Assembly: GCA_964016885.1 (NCBI GenBank) | Contig: OZ024757.1 | Span: 27,776,001-27,840,000 of the forward strand | Origin: Eledone cirrhosa | Lineage: Eukaryota | DNA: 64,000 bases | Direction of reading: 5' to 3' | In this document: positions 27,383 through 41,029 of the stretch, one piece after another | Position numbering within the stretch: position 1 is the first letter of the stretch | Layout of the letters: each line of letters opens with the position of its first letter | The notes under the pieces: model-generated | Seen by the model: the letters and a program-made list of their open reading frames with translations, nothing else | Told to the model about the DNA's origin: nothing | The model's database searches: none | Made by a program: the position numbers and the translations under genes

Positions 27383-27947
27383 CAGAGATTCTCAAAGTTG
27401 GCACTACTGCCCCTGGGGGGCATTGAGAAGGTCCAGGGGGGCGCTGGAGCCTAAGAGGGCAGTGGGGGTGGTAGAGATGATATAATGGTTTCTTATATAG
27501 GCACAAGGCCAGTAATTTGGGGGGAGGGGAAAGTCGATTAAATCGACCCAGTGCATGACTGGTACTTTATTTTATCGACCCCATAAGGATGAAAGGCAAA
27601 GTTAACTTCGGCGGGATTTGAGCTCAGATCATAAAGAGCCGTAACTCTATGCTGCAAAGCATGACGTCCGACCCTCTACCGATACTGCCAATCCACTGCC
27701 CTCAGTAGAGATAATATAATAGTATATTAAATATCAAATAATACATATTATTTATAAATATAGTAAAATAAAAGAATATATAATATTTATTTATACATAG
27801 TATTTATTATATTATTTATTATATATCAATTAACGATTTTATTTATTATATATTACGTGTAGACAAGTCTCTCTGGAAATAAGGGAGCACTGAGGGTATT
27901 GCGTGGCCATAAGTGGGATGATCGCCTGAAAAGTTTAAAAACTTCTG
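27383..27947. mobile_element. hAT (Charlie-like) MITE containing a SINE
   Basis: cagagattctcaaa / tttaaaaacttctg; imperfect TSD ctctacac / ctatacag. Confidence 0.65.
27487..27702 (-). mobile_element. SINE family A copy nested in a hAT MITE
   Basis: Full-length copy; flanking repeat gtagagatgatataat / gtagagataatataat. Confidence 0.85.
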
Positions 27948-28285
27948 CTATACAGTAACAGTGGCAACAATGTAAACATAAGACATCACCAGATAGAAAC
28001 CTTCTAAACAATATAGTTGAACTTCTGACTAGACAAGTTCAACATGTACTAACATATTTTACAATCATGGCTGTTTAATTTCCACTATCACAAATCACAT
28101 GACTGATAACACAATAATGGTTACTAATTTAGGCACAAGGCCAGCAATTTAGGTGAATGGTTAATCAATTAAATCAACCCTAGAAATTGACTGGTACAAC
28201 ACATTCTAACAACTCATTCACTCATCCAATTTACTACCCTGTCAGATGTACTGTGCTTGTTTTAGCTGAATCTATGCTGAAGAGT

Positions 28286-28480
28286 TTAGTAGAGTCTAAC
28301 CCTTAAACATTAGCAGAATCAATTCCTTAAACATTATCAGAGTGCATTCCTTAAACATTATCAGAGTCCAGCCCTTAAAGATTAGCAGAGTCCATTCCTT
28401 AAAGGTTAGCAGAGTTCATTCTGTAAACATTAGCAGAGTTCACTGTTTCGAATTTAGTAGAGTCTACTCTGTTCTAAACA
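28286..28480. repeat. 24-bp minisatellite (ttagcagagtccattccttaaaca), about 8 units
   Basis: Directly visible tandem units. Confidence 0.85.
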
Positions 28481-28839
28481 TCCACAGCAGGTCTCTAGTC
28501 TGAAGCTAAGCTATGAGTCATAGTATTTTCCTTTTTTTATTACAGCACTCTGGAAAGCTTTGAAAAAATAAAAAGGTTGTAGGCATACGCCTACCTCTTC
28601 AAAGAAAGATTAAAATGTTTCTTCTTTTTTTTTTGTGTGTGATTTAGTCAGAAGAGGAAGGACAGTTCCCAGGACCTTTGCATGTTCTTTGAGGCTGGTG
28701 AAATTGTTGCACTTGATGTTCACATTAAATATTTGTAAGGGAAAATTTGAGTGTGCAGAGAAGGATCATGGTGGGGGCTTGGGTGGTGTGTAATCTGGCC
28801 TTATATCATATTGATTTTATTATTGTGTTATCAGTAGGG

Positions 28840-29060
28840 TAGCACATGGTTTAGTGGTTAGAGCTTTGAGCTCACAAATGTAGGGTTCTGAGTTTGAATC
28901 CCAGACGGGCAGTGCGTTGTGTTCTTGAGCAAAACACTTTATTTCACGTTGCTCCAGTTCACTCAGCTGTAGAAATGAGTTGTGACGTCACTGGTGCCTA
29001 GCTATATTAGCCATTGCCTTTCATTTGGATAACATCGGTGGCATGTTTTGCAGTAATTAA
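28840..29060 (+). mobile_element. tRNA-derived CORE-like SINE family B
   Basis: tRNA head (tggtttagtggttag...gagtttgaatccc) followed by gtgttcttgagcaaaacactttatttcacgttgctccagttcactcagctg. Related copies at 54738-55040(+), 50418-50530(+), 48780-48910(-) and 30000-30150(-). Confidence 0.75.
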
Positions 29061-29220
29061 GCTCAATGGACCTTGGTTCAGAGCATATATGTATATAATC
29101 ATTACCGTTTAACGTCCATTTTTCATGCTAGCATTAGTTAGATGAGTTATTCTATTGTGAACAATGCCAGGTCAGGTGACAATGTCTTGCTCATACAGAT
29201 ATATATATATATATATATAT

Positions 29221-29378
29221 AACGGAGGAAATGTGGTAAGGAACCAGGTGGACCATAACGCACCAAAGTACTCAATAGTTAGGGTAGTAGAGTGGGTAAT
29301 AGGAACAAGTAAGACCCCGACGGCTGAGCTCAAGCCGTTTCGACGGCTAATTCTGGTCGGGGTCTTACTTGTTCCTAT
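29221..29378. mobile_element. Second copy of the fold-back mini-element
   Basis: High similarity to 488-680; inverted arms 29299-29321 / 29356-29378; flanked by (TA)n. Confidence 0.7.
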
Positions 29379-30208
29379 ATATATATATATATATATATAT
29401 ATCTGACAGGCTTCCCCGCAATTTCCCTCACAAGGCATTTATTGAACCATGGCTATGATGGAAAACACTTGCCCAAAGTACCATGCAGTGGGATTGAATC
29501 TAAAACCATGTAATCACAAAGCAAACTTCCTGACCCCTTGACCAGATTTATCGAATTACATAAAATAAGAATATAGAAGCAACTCGTTATAGATTTACTT
29601 ATTATTCTTGTGAAACTTACAAGAATAACGGCTTTAGAAGCTGTACTAACTGTAAGTAATTTTCAATGCTAATAAGTAAGATTATCTGTACAAGTTCAAA
29701 TATTCTTTAAGCCACTGTAAGTTGTAAGATTAATTCAGATTAAGATTAAAAAAGCAACAAAACTTCCACTCATAAATAACAACAACAGGAGGACTTTTAA
29801 ACAGTGTTGACCTCGCCTCTCACATTGATCCAGCAAATGCCATGAGACTCAGTCCCTTCCTCCAGACCAAGTTAAAAATGTTATGTCTGTCCCAAGCTAC
29901 AGAGGGTCATCAAACAAAAGCTAATTCTAGTTTCATTGACATTAAGCAACTGAAAATGCAAGACATGAATCCAGTCCATTGCAGCATTAATCTCCCAGCG
30001 GATGTTGCTCACAGTACTTATTTTCAGTTGAATGGACTGCAACAATGTGAAATAAAGTATATTGTTTAAGAATACAAAATACTACTCTGTCCAGGAATCA
30101 AACCTATGCTATTACAATCATGAGCTCAACATCTTAACTATTAGGCTACATACCTCCAGACCAAACCAATAAAAACTAAAAATAAAAATAAAAATTCTAA
30201 AGATTGTG

Positions 30209-30295
<87 letters not shown>

Positions 30296-30396
30296 CATCA
30301 TCATCATCATCATCATCAGGTTTAGCGTCCGTGTTCCACGCTTGCATGGGTTTGGACGGGGGTTTTCCCACTTGAGGCAAGAGTGGTTGTCTTGCT

Positions 30397-30448
<52 letters not shown>

Positions 30449-30534
30449 GATGAACTGAGAATTTTACTGCCCATAGAGCTTCTCTCACCTTACTAAAGAT
30501 GATAGTGAAGTAAGCCACTACAACACTACAATCA

Positions 30535-30604
<70 letters not shown>

Positions 30605-31492
30605 TGAGAGAGAGATACGCACACATTTCTAAAAATGTCATATTTAATATTATTCTAAAGTGTTTTTGATCAAAGGAATGTAGCTGTGAGGTGTGTATAA
30701 TAAATATATATAATTAAATATTGTTAGACTATGAAGGATTAGGTTGTGATGATGAGAACTGGATTACATGCCGCCCTACCTTTTAAGCTATTGATCTTAA
30801 TACAATGTATGAAATGAAGAGCCAACAAGACACACACAGTACACATATATACAGATGTATCAGGTCACTTACATAGAGAGGAGCTGTGATGGACACTTAG
30901 CCGCCAAATTGGACATAATTATACCATAAACTGACCAGATGTAGAAGCTATTCTAAATAGCAGCTGTAGCTGCAACACAAGTCACCTTAAGTGAAATACT
31001 TTTAAGATAATGAATAGGGAGTTGGCACTGAAATATTATCAGGATTTACGGAAATACTACCAACACTCCCAACTCCAATCTGCTGTAACCGAGATGGTAT
31101 ATTTAACGAGAGATCTAGTGGAACAAGTGTCTACATTTGCATCGGACACGGTGGTTGACCTACAAATGTACATGGTAAGTAGTTATCATTTAATGTCTGT
31201 TTTCATTGCTAGCAAGGGTTGGCCATGTCATCACAGACCGGTCAGTACTTAAGCAGAGCCACTGACTTCCTGGGGGAGGGGCGGGGCAGGTGCATGCATC
31301 CCGCTTACATATGTTCATATATTCTATCAATTGTTCTTAGGGTCCAGAGACCTGACATAAGTCATGAATTTTAGTAATTTTACTGACTGCTACCAAATTC
31401 TTGATTATTTAAAAAAATGAACTAAAATTCATTGACAGTGTATTTTATATGAAAGGGTTTTAAAAGAAAGGGATTGAAGAATGTGGTCCAAG

Positions 31493-32048
31493 CAGAGGCA
31501 TATCTCAGGTGATGGCAAGCATGGCACATGCGATGGTGCCACATAAAAGGGGGCGCTACCTGGACTAGGAGCACTTTCTATTAAAGTCAGATAAGGTGTT
31601 GTCAGGGAATGAAAAAAAAAGAAACTTCTTCAGATATATGATCTGTCTTTGATTATCATGGGTGAGAAACACTATGGTGGCTGGATCATTAAACCATTTA
31701 TATATATTATTAGGCCTTCATAGGTAAAAATACAGTTCTGGGAACTACATGATTACTGAGGCATACCTCATAGTATGACTTGTAAAATATTTTAATAGGG
31801 TTTTAATATTTGTCAAAGATCAGTATTACACAGATCACTTCCTCTAAATACACTAACATTTTACATATACTTAAGCATAAAGGATACCCGTAAAACAAAT
31901 GAAAATACAGTTTAATACCCTAAACCCTCATTTATTTAAACTGTGCTGTCAATCCCAATGCCTAACAACTAAAATATAGCTTGCTGCATGGGCAGGGGTG
32001 CAATTTCAATGTTTGCCATAGGTGCTATTTTTCCTTGTTACAACTCTG
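31493..32048. mobile_element. Non-autonomous hAT element
   Basis: Ends cagag / ctctg with a perfect 8-bp TSD ggtccaag (31485-31492 / 32049-32056). Confidence 0.75.
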
Positions 32049-32873
32049 GGTCCAAGATATATAAAATAACTGAAGGTCGTGGATGGAAAACTATCCATTT
32101 ATATAATCCCAAAACAACATAATATTACTTATCCCATTAGTAAAAAGGTGGGGGTGTATGCACTAGTAATAATAAAGCTTCTTGAATGTCAACAGCGAAG
32201 AGAAACTGGAAAGCTCAGATGAACGGCATCAAAATCTCACCTTGAACCTCTCTATGTCATGGTCAAGGCCGACATATCACTTTCTAGTCAAAGGAAATAC
32301 CAAAATAGCTTCTATTGTGAGTTGTCCTCTAAGGAAATATATAATGAATAACCAAAGATATATACATAAACGTGTGCACACACACACACACATATATATA
32401 TATCTGTGTATGTATATATATATATAGTTATGTAATAAACAACATAAGATAATTATTTCATTTACCAGTGGTTTCTTGAAGGCAGATGTTATGTCTGTCT
32501 TCAGTAGCCAGAATGAATAAATAACATGGTATTTTTATTAAATATGGATTTGAAAACAAAATTTAGGAAATATGAAAGTGTCTGAAAAAACGGGCAAAAG
32601 GGAATTAGGGAAAAAAAATATATATAAATAAATATCCAGAACATAAACACACTCCTGTACCTTTCCGACGGAAATACTTCATTTACACACACACACACAC
32701 ACAGATATATATATACATCTGTGTATGTATGTATATATACATCTGTGTATGTATATATATATATATCTGTGTATGTATGTATATATATATCTGTGTATGT
32801 ATGTATATATATATCTGTGTATGTATGTATATATATATGTGTATGTATGTATATATATATATCTGTGTATGTA

Positions 32874-32905
<32 letters not shown>

Positions 32906-32984
32906 CAAGGTGTACCCAAAAAATGTTACACACTTCAACACCATGCTAATAAAAGCATGTATACATTTTTGGGGGGACACCCTG
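32906..32984. mobile_element. Tiny Tc1/mariner-type MITE (79 bp)
   Basis: caaggtgtacccaaaaaatgttacaca / tgtatacatttttggggggacaccctg; TA flanks; same TIR as 10843-11249. Confidence 0.7.
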
Positions 32985-35900
32985 TATATATAAACTGGTG
33001 CATGGTGGTAGTTGTCCTACGGTGAGCTATACATAATATAACTTCAACCTGACTCAATCTTTGTGTGACTTATTTAGATTTGAAAGCAAATTACGATCAG
33101 ATTATTTTTTTATTTTATCATAGATTAGAATTTTTATAACGAGATAGATCTGCTGGGATTTTGCAACCGTTAAAAAATGTTTAATGCCTTGTCATTTTGA
33201 CGAAGCCTAGTTTAAAAGTGAAACAATTTTAACGAACAGTAATTGTATCTGCTTCATTTGAAGTTTATTAATAGCTCTAATTGTTTTTATTTAACAGTTG
33301 ATACACTTAAGTTAGCTAATTTCATCCTATAAATTTGGAAGTCTGTGTCGCTACTGTATGAAAAAATCTTCATTACAAACTATATCATTCATTGGTCTAT
33401 GTCATCAGTTTTATATTTAAAGCTTCTGTCTTCGTTACCTCATTCACTTGTGTTGTCCTACTAAAGATCTATGGCAAATATAATACAGTTTCCACATTGA
33501 AAAAGCGACAGCAGGCTGGGGCACTATGACTAGATAAGCTGAAGGGGATCTTTCGCATTAAGAATATAATAGCAGACGACAAAATGTCACTTTCTTTTGC
33601 AAATTTTCGCCTTTTGGTATTTCTTTTTATTGGATAAACTGAAAATTTATTTCCGAATAATTTATTTATGAATTTTTATTTTACATCTTGATAATCTTCT
33701 TATTTTACACCTTGGTAATAAACTGTTTGCAGTAAATTGTCATCTACCAATAACTTAAGTCAATGAGGCGGGGCAGTCGGCTCCGAGTCCCTGCAAAGAA
33801 TCTTGCCTAAGGTTGCGATAAAACTTGCATCTTTTATTTTATTATCGAGACTTTCCTTTGATTTTAATGTCTTATTTTATATACCTAAGGCGAAACATTC
33901 TTAATAAGAGATGTCAGGCAAAAATAAATACAACCGTTAACACCCCAGGTGAGTAATGAAAAAGAGGGTGTGGGTATATTTTTTAAATGACAGGGAAAAG
34001 AGGAATGAATTTGATCGTAATAAACATTTCATACATTTGCACAAGTCTGCTTATTGTGGGAGGAAATTAACAAGTGTAGGAGTTATAATTTTCTTCAAAA
34101 TTACGTTTCACTTTCAGGGGGACCCGGAAACGAAAAACCCAAACAACAAAACACTCAAATGTTTATAGTCACGTAATTTAGCGAAGACGTAACGACTTTT
34201 ACCATTTCAGTGTTATTAGCGACATAGAAAACCGATTATTATTGTGTTGAACCGATAGAATGTGTAGTAGACCTGCCAACCTCAAAAACCCAAACGGGGA
34301 GTACCATGAAAAAAAGTGCCCCCAAAAGGTGAGAAATGGGGCAAAATGGGGAGATTTTACATAATAAAAACTATGTCCATTTTCACAAGAAAAGACATCT
34401 CTCACCCACCCTCGTCGGACGGGGAGAGTTGACAGGTCTGGTGTAGAGTGTCGGGTAAAATGCCTTTGCGTTATTTGTTCTGGCTCTTTACATTCTGAGT
34501 TCAATTCCTATCGAGGTCTTTCATCCTTTCAGGGTTGATAAATAAAGAACCAGTCAAGTACTGAGGTCGATATAATCGACTTTCCTCACCCCACACCCAA
34601 CTGATCATGTGCCGAAATTAGAAACCATTGAGATGACGATGGTATAGAATGACAAGTTAAAAATGAGTCAGAAGGGTTTAGACAATCAATCTATCTAGAT
34701 CTATGCTCCACTTTTCATAGTAATGCATATTTTGCAGAGATACATTTTCGAAGTTGTAGCTCTCGGTGTTATTGGCGACAGAGAATCGAATATTATCATG
34801 TTCAATCCCTTCATGGAGGAAATTAGCAACAGCAACACGTGAAATGTTATTTCTCCCAGACAAACAAAAGGAAATTTCTTTCTGCTCGTTACTTGCCATA
34901 TTATTAATAATAACAAATCCCGCCGAAACCAACTCTGATTCAAATCCGTCTGTGTGGGGAGATAAAATAAAGTACCAGTGAAACATTAGAGTCGATTTAA
35001 TCGACTCTGCTAACCGTGTGCATATTTTTACAAGACAGAAAGTAAACAACATCTATTATTCCATGGTTATTGAACGAGAAAATTAGTTAATTTAAACATA
35101 AATATTAATAATGATAATATTCGTTTAACTTACCACGCTGTTCGCCCACACATATTTTAACAGTAGTATTACTATTTTGAAAATGTGTTTCGGTTTTTTT
35201 TTAAAAACAAAAACTCTTTAATCCGTCGCCGATATTAAAATAGGCTTAGATGAATGGATTGTAGACTCTTTTCAGACAACGATGACGCCCAAAACCGAAT
35301 CTGGTGGTGGCTGTTTGACGAGAAAACCAATGGATCACGCGAATTACTTTAACAATTTACAAAAAGAGAAAAATACAGAGATAATAAATGCAACGAAATA
35401 TATCAAAATTCCGTTTAAAAAATTTAATTATAAATAATTTATCTACTTGTGTGATTGTATGTTTCATAAGTTTTCTATCAACATCCCATAATACTTAATT
35501 TCGTAACGTAATGCATATATTTTTTTGTTGATAATAAATATAAATTTGCATTTCAGTGCATACTATTATGATTTTTTTTTTTTTTGCCGATTTGAAATAT
35601 CAATAAAACTAAAACAATAAGATAAATATTAATCAATACCTCAGATCGGAAGGTATCGGCTTTCTATTATTGTTACTACGACAGGCACCGATGTTTATAC
35701 TTATCCGTCCTTTGGTGGAATTTTCATCGAATATAACGACTGCTTTTTACTAAAGCAAAGATTTTTTATGATGTGTAGAATATAGGATGGTAATTTCTTT
35801 AATGTATAGCATAGACTAGCGGGTGTTAGCTATATACATTATGAGTATTATAAATGCATATGATGAAACCAATATATATATATAAATGATGAAACAGATA

Positions 35901-37234
35901 TATGGATATAAAGCACTAGGCCAGTTTATTTTCTTTCATAGTGAAGGGTTATACATTCAAGTACATGAAAAAATGAAAAGAAAAAAGAAGTCACATACTT
36001 CTAAGATTTATTTTTTTTGTTTTTATTTATTAAAGATATCAAATAAAACATCTGTTTTCCTCACTTTCATGTAGTGTCATGATATTGCCAATTAAATGAG
36101 CGATTTAAAAATATTTAGTTAACTATTATTTATGAAATTTAAATGCAATATGACATTTTTTTCCTAGCCCAAATCGTAACTTTTTCTTTTGTTCCTTTAC
36201 TTAATCCACTCTATATTCGATTAAAATCGAGCACGATATATTTTAACAAATTCGGATAAAGTCAACCCGCCCCGGGTTAATTTGAAACCGGACAGGTGAG
36301 GTTGCGAATCAAATAATAATAATAATAATGAAATTATTGTGTACAGTGCTCAGGTGCACTACAACTCATAAAACACTATATCGTGCTGTCGTAACTTCTA
36401 CTTGTCATTTTTTCCACAAATACAATATTAATATTTTTTTTTGATGTTCAATACCATTACTAAATTAATTAAAACCAAAGCGAACTAATATCATTCAATA
36501 TTCGAACCCTGAGTGACAACGTTTACCATTTCAATTTGTTTTTTTTTCTCTCTTTTAGTAGCTCTATATATTAAAGTAGCACGAGTGGTGATTTATGATG
36601 TTCACACCTTCAAAAAGCAATCAGCTGTCTTAAGTGAAATGTAAATTAATCAGTTTCAATGTGCGGATTCGTAAGCAATTTGTGGTCTGCTATGAGCGGT
36701 GTTTTTAAACATATACTTCGGCAATCGCAGCTGGAAACATAATTGTAGAGAATTTCACTAAAGCTTTTATTGTACAGTTTAAGATATAAGGTAGCATTTA
36801 AGAGTAACATATATAGAATAGCAACAGTAATATATGATGTTTGGTAAGACACAATGTCGCTAATTGAGATGGGTGTAATCGAGTTCATCGATCTCACTAC
36901 TTGGCTGATATTTATTTTATCGATTCAGGAAGTATGAAAGGTAAAGTCCGACTCGGCAGGATTTGAAGTAAGAATGTAATTAAACGTCACAAAGGTACTT
37001 TTGCCCGCCGATCTACCAAAATAGTGTTAATTAATTAATAGAAACAAGCACAGCTATAAACACGAGTTTCAAATCCGGCTCGGGTCAATTTCGTCTTTCC
37101 GGATGGACGCTGTATAGATAAAATAAAGTACCAGTCATGTACTAGAGTACAGTGTGTATCGATTGATATTCCTACAAGGCACGTAAGAAGTGAATGAAAG
37201 AGAAATAAAAATAATATGAGAGAGAAACTTAAAC

Positions 37235-37330
37235 AGAAATGCAGAAGCTTCTGGTTGCCTCGAAGAGCGGCAAGATAGCAGCGCTCTGATTGGTTGAAAT
37301 GAGTCATGTGATTTAGTTGTAATTATCAAT
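37235..37330 (+). promoter_or_regulatory. Candidate core promoter (inverted CCAAT box, AP-1/E-box-like motifs)
   Basis: Unique CpG-containing sequence gcagcgctctgATTGGttgaaaTGAGTCAtgtgatttagttg, about 0.8 kb upstream of the candidate start exon. Confidence 0.45.
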
Positions 37331-37993
37331 GTTTCAAGGGAAGCTTCTTCCGCTTTGGAGGAAAAAAAAGTTTTTCTAGTGAGAACAGTAGTTGTCGTTG
37401 GACTGTTTGTTGTGTGTAGCATATATTTATGTCTACTGTACTACTAATGTAACAACAACCTCTATCACTACTGCTTGCTTAGATTATATAATATAATATA
37501 TCATTACATGATTAGTTTATTTGCCGCCAACCCGTTTTGTTCGGCGAGGACACCTTATTATTAAATACGGGGGGGAGAGAGACAGTGCGAGAATATGACA
37601 CGGAAATAGCAGAACATCGACTGCTATGTTGATTTCTTACTTCATTCTCTTTTTTATCTGTAACTATACCTTCTTCTTTTCAATGTCTTAGGGACAGACC
37701 CACCCCCTCCCTTTTTCGTTTGAATAATTATTATTTATGAAAATAAGTTTAAGTGATACCAAGTAAGAGCAGTATAATAAAATATAGGTTGTTGTTAATG
37801 TTGTGAGTGAAACAGTAGTTAATAGTAATATCAATAATAAAGCAAATGAGGGATTAAATACAACCAGAGCGACGTGATCATCATTGGTGGACTGTTTACA
37901 TTTGGACAAGACTTGTTTATATATATATATAACACATCACACAGGCACATGTATTCATTTATATAATATACACACATTTACTTACGCAAACAT

Positions 37994-38048
<55 letters not shown>

Positions 38049-38124
38049 TACATATAATCACACGCACGCACACACACATACAGATCTTTATACACACGCA
38101 GTCATACCTAATTGTGCTGTAAAC

Positions 38125-38154
38125 ATGGCGGAAGGTGGAACCTCCTATTACCAG
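38125..38154 (+). CDS. Probable first coding exon (MAEGGTSYYQ) of an unidentified spliced host gene
   Basis: Strong Kozak context aaacATGGCG, 10 codons, then a consensus phase-0 donor CAG|GTGAGT. It lies in the CpG-rich zone downstream of promoter-like motifs. Confidence 0.65.
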
Positions 38155-40861
38155 GTGAGTTGACTAATCATTGTTTTTTACTAGTTAGACTTGAATTAAC
38201 ACTGAAATTCTAAGACGACTCGATTAATTATTCATTTCCCTTTCTTCCTTTTCTTTTTCTGTAAATCGATACTTTATATATCTCTAATAATGAAGACTAA
38301 CATCCTATATTATAGACAATGTGAGGAAGGAGCGTGGTATTGTTCACTCAAGTCTCTTTCTTTCTAAACACCAAGTACATCTAGAGAAATCAGAGCAGTA
38401 CTTTCTTAGCATGAAAGAAAGAAGAATGTTGTAATATGAAAGATATGTTTATATCTATCTATCTGTATGCCTATCGATCTACCTTTCTATTTACCATCTG
38501 GTTATCCATCTGTATGCCTATCAATCTGTCCGTCTCTAATTATCTATATATCATTATCTCTTTCTGTATCTATCTATCCGTTTTTGCTGTTTATTTGTAT
38601 ATCTATTTCTCTAGATTTTTTATTGTATTTTTTTTAATTAGATATATGGTTGCTATGATGAAACTTGTTATTAGTTGGTTAACAACCTAAGTAATTAGTT
38701 TAGTTTTATAAATAGGCAGTTTGTTGGGGACCAACACAAGTAGATCAGACCGGTCGGCTCGTCTTTTTTGTCAGTCTTATTACCCATAGGTTTTTTTCTT
38801 CTTAGTAATATATCTAGTGTTGTGTTGGCGGTATCCTAGTAATAACCTACACATTGTTGTTATTGTTTAACACTTCTTTCCTCCCTCCACTCTCCCGTGT
38901 TGTCAATTTATCTCGCCTTTGACACTTAATCAAACTAGCAGACTGAGAGAGGACTCTAAGTGGTCTTCGACCTACTAGAAATAGCAGCTGAAGCTATCTC
39001 AAACCATACATTTTCCCCTATCATTTCGTATGAAACGCCACAGGGTTACGTTAGATGATACATTCTTATTTATACCTACAAATGACGGGATGGCCATGAC
39101 TTGATAATAATCGATAAGAGCATAGATGCCCCTGATGCTAAACAATTTCGTCTTCCTCGTATTATATATATTCTTTAAATTCTAAAATCCCTTACGGAGT
39201 AAATGCGGTACAATTGATCTTGGGAGTTATAAAGCTTTAATCTAGAAATGGCTTCTGGGACCCCAAACTACGACACAAATTCTATTATAACACCACCTAT
39301 CACACACACATATATTATATATAAAGGATGTTTTTTTGTTTTTAATTTTGTACCCCCGATCAATGATACCTATTTAATGCCCCTTCTCGTTTATCTATCT
39401 GCTCCTTCTTTTCCTTTCTTGTATCTATTTTCATTTCATATGTACATTTCCTCTTTGCTGAGGCTTTGCTCCAGCGTGGTTTTTGATCGTGCTGGCCAAG
39501 ACAAATTAAAGATATTGTCATGTCTATTTCACCCTTAGTGCTTGTTTTGTTTTCCTTTAATCTCTCTCTCTCTATCTATCATAAAGAAATTTATCTGTCT
39601 ATATAAATATGTTGTTTATTACATAACTATCTCTATATATATAGTATCAAGCGTTAAACTAATATGTATCTTCATTATACTCTATTGTTTGCATTGTTGT
39701 TTTCCGTTTACTTTTCGTATATGTGTGTGTGTGTGTATATATATATATATGTATGTAAAGTGACTAAGATATCCGCGATGTTCTTTTTAATGTAGGTGGT
39801 GTTGGTCGCAGTAGAGATAGATATGTGATCGATTACTCATCACATACCATTTTATCATTTCACCACACAAGAAATAAATAGGCTTTCCGTATATGTGAAA
39901 TTCCTCTCTCGATGACGATACTTTATCTTAATTAATTAATAATTGATTACAGGATCAAATGAAGGAGCCGCCCTTTTCGTTGTTGTCTTTGTTGTTATTT
40001 AAACCCAAACCAACTCCGATTGATGAAAGACATTCCAGTATTGACTCTTGTCTTTTTATATACCTAGTATTACATGATATAAATGAATATTTGGCTGCTA
40101 TTTCCAGCAGGTCGAGCTCCTTCGTGGGCCTTTTTTTTTATTGAACATTCCAGTCATGTCTACCCCATCTTTTTGTAGTATCTAGATCTACTTTACCATA
40201 TGTACGCCTTTCCCTCTTTAAGGACAGTGGGATTTGATTTGAGGCTGATTTGGTTGCTATTTCTTGCGGGTCAAGAAACAATGTAGTGGCCTCTATCGTT
40301 GGCTACTTTTCCTTCTGTTGGTGTTAAGAAAGAACTCAGTCTACCAAATCTTCTAAAGCTATGAAATTGGTGTGAATTTATGACAGATTTGTGTGCGTTG
40401 TTGTTTTACCCAAGGCTAGTTCTGATTTTTTTTTTTTTATCAAAGTGTTCCACCCATGACCGTCCCATGATATTTGTGGACAATGATAATTGTCTTCGTA
40501 TCACTTGTTAGCTTTAACCTCAGCGCTCATCATTTATTCACAAGTGGTTTATCTTTCCTTCTAGATTTCCATTTAGTTTCTTCTAATAAATCACTTGATC
40601 ATCGTTTCATCGTTTCCACTTTGATTATTCACTACCTAATTAGTGGGAGGGGTGGTGGAATCGATAGAGCGAAGACAATTAGTCACGTCTCTTTACCTTC
40701 GGAGTTCAAAACCCGCCGGGACTGTGGTTTGCATCTCATTCTTCCGGTGGTGGTAGTGGCGGGGCAGCGATAAACTTACCACCAGTGGAGTATTACGCCT
40801 TGTGCTTGGCGGGTATATATATATATAAACCCTGTCTAAATAGATGCTAGGTCCTTGATAA

Positions 40862-41029
40862 TTTCTGTGGGCAATCTTTCTTAGAAAAGTATTAATTCGA
40901 TTATATACATACACATGACTGTTAAAAGTGTGTGTGTGTATATATATATATATACACACACATTTTTAACAGTCATGTGGATGTATATAATCGAATTAAT
41001 ACTTTTCTAAGAAAGATTGCCTACAGAAA
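40862..41029. repeat. ~170-bp near-perfect palindrome centred on (TG)(TA)(CA)
   Basis: Arms tttctgtgggcaatctttcttagaaaagtattaattcgattatataca.. and their reverse complement. Confidence 0.9.

Noticed and set aside
28286-28480. Regular 24-bp repeats resembling a CRISPR array
   Set aside because: There are no unique spacers or cas genes and the context is eukaryotic; this is a plain minisatellite.
33190-33240. tTGACGA...GAAAC hammerhead-like words (similar partial hits at about 42265-42290 and 49070-49085 on the minus strand)
   Set aside because: The core is incomplete or stem II does not pair; too degenerate to call.
34678-35052. 124-aa minus-strand ORF (...MASNEQKEISF...)
   Set aside because: The N-terminal part derives from a SINE, and there is no recognisable domain or clear splice support.
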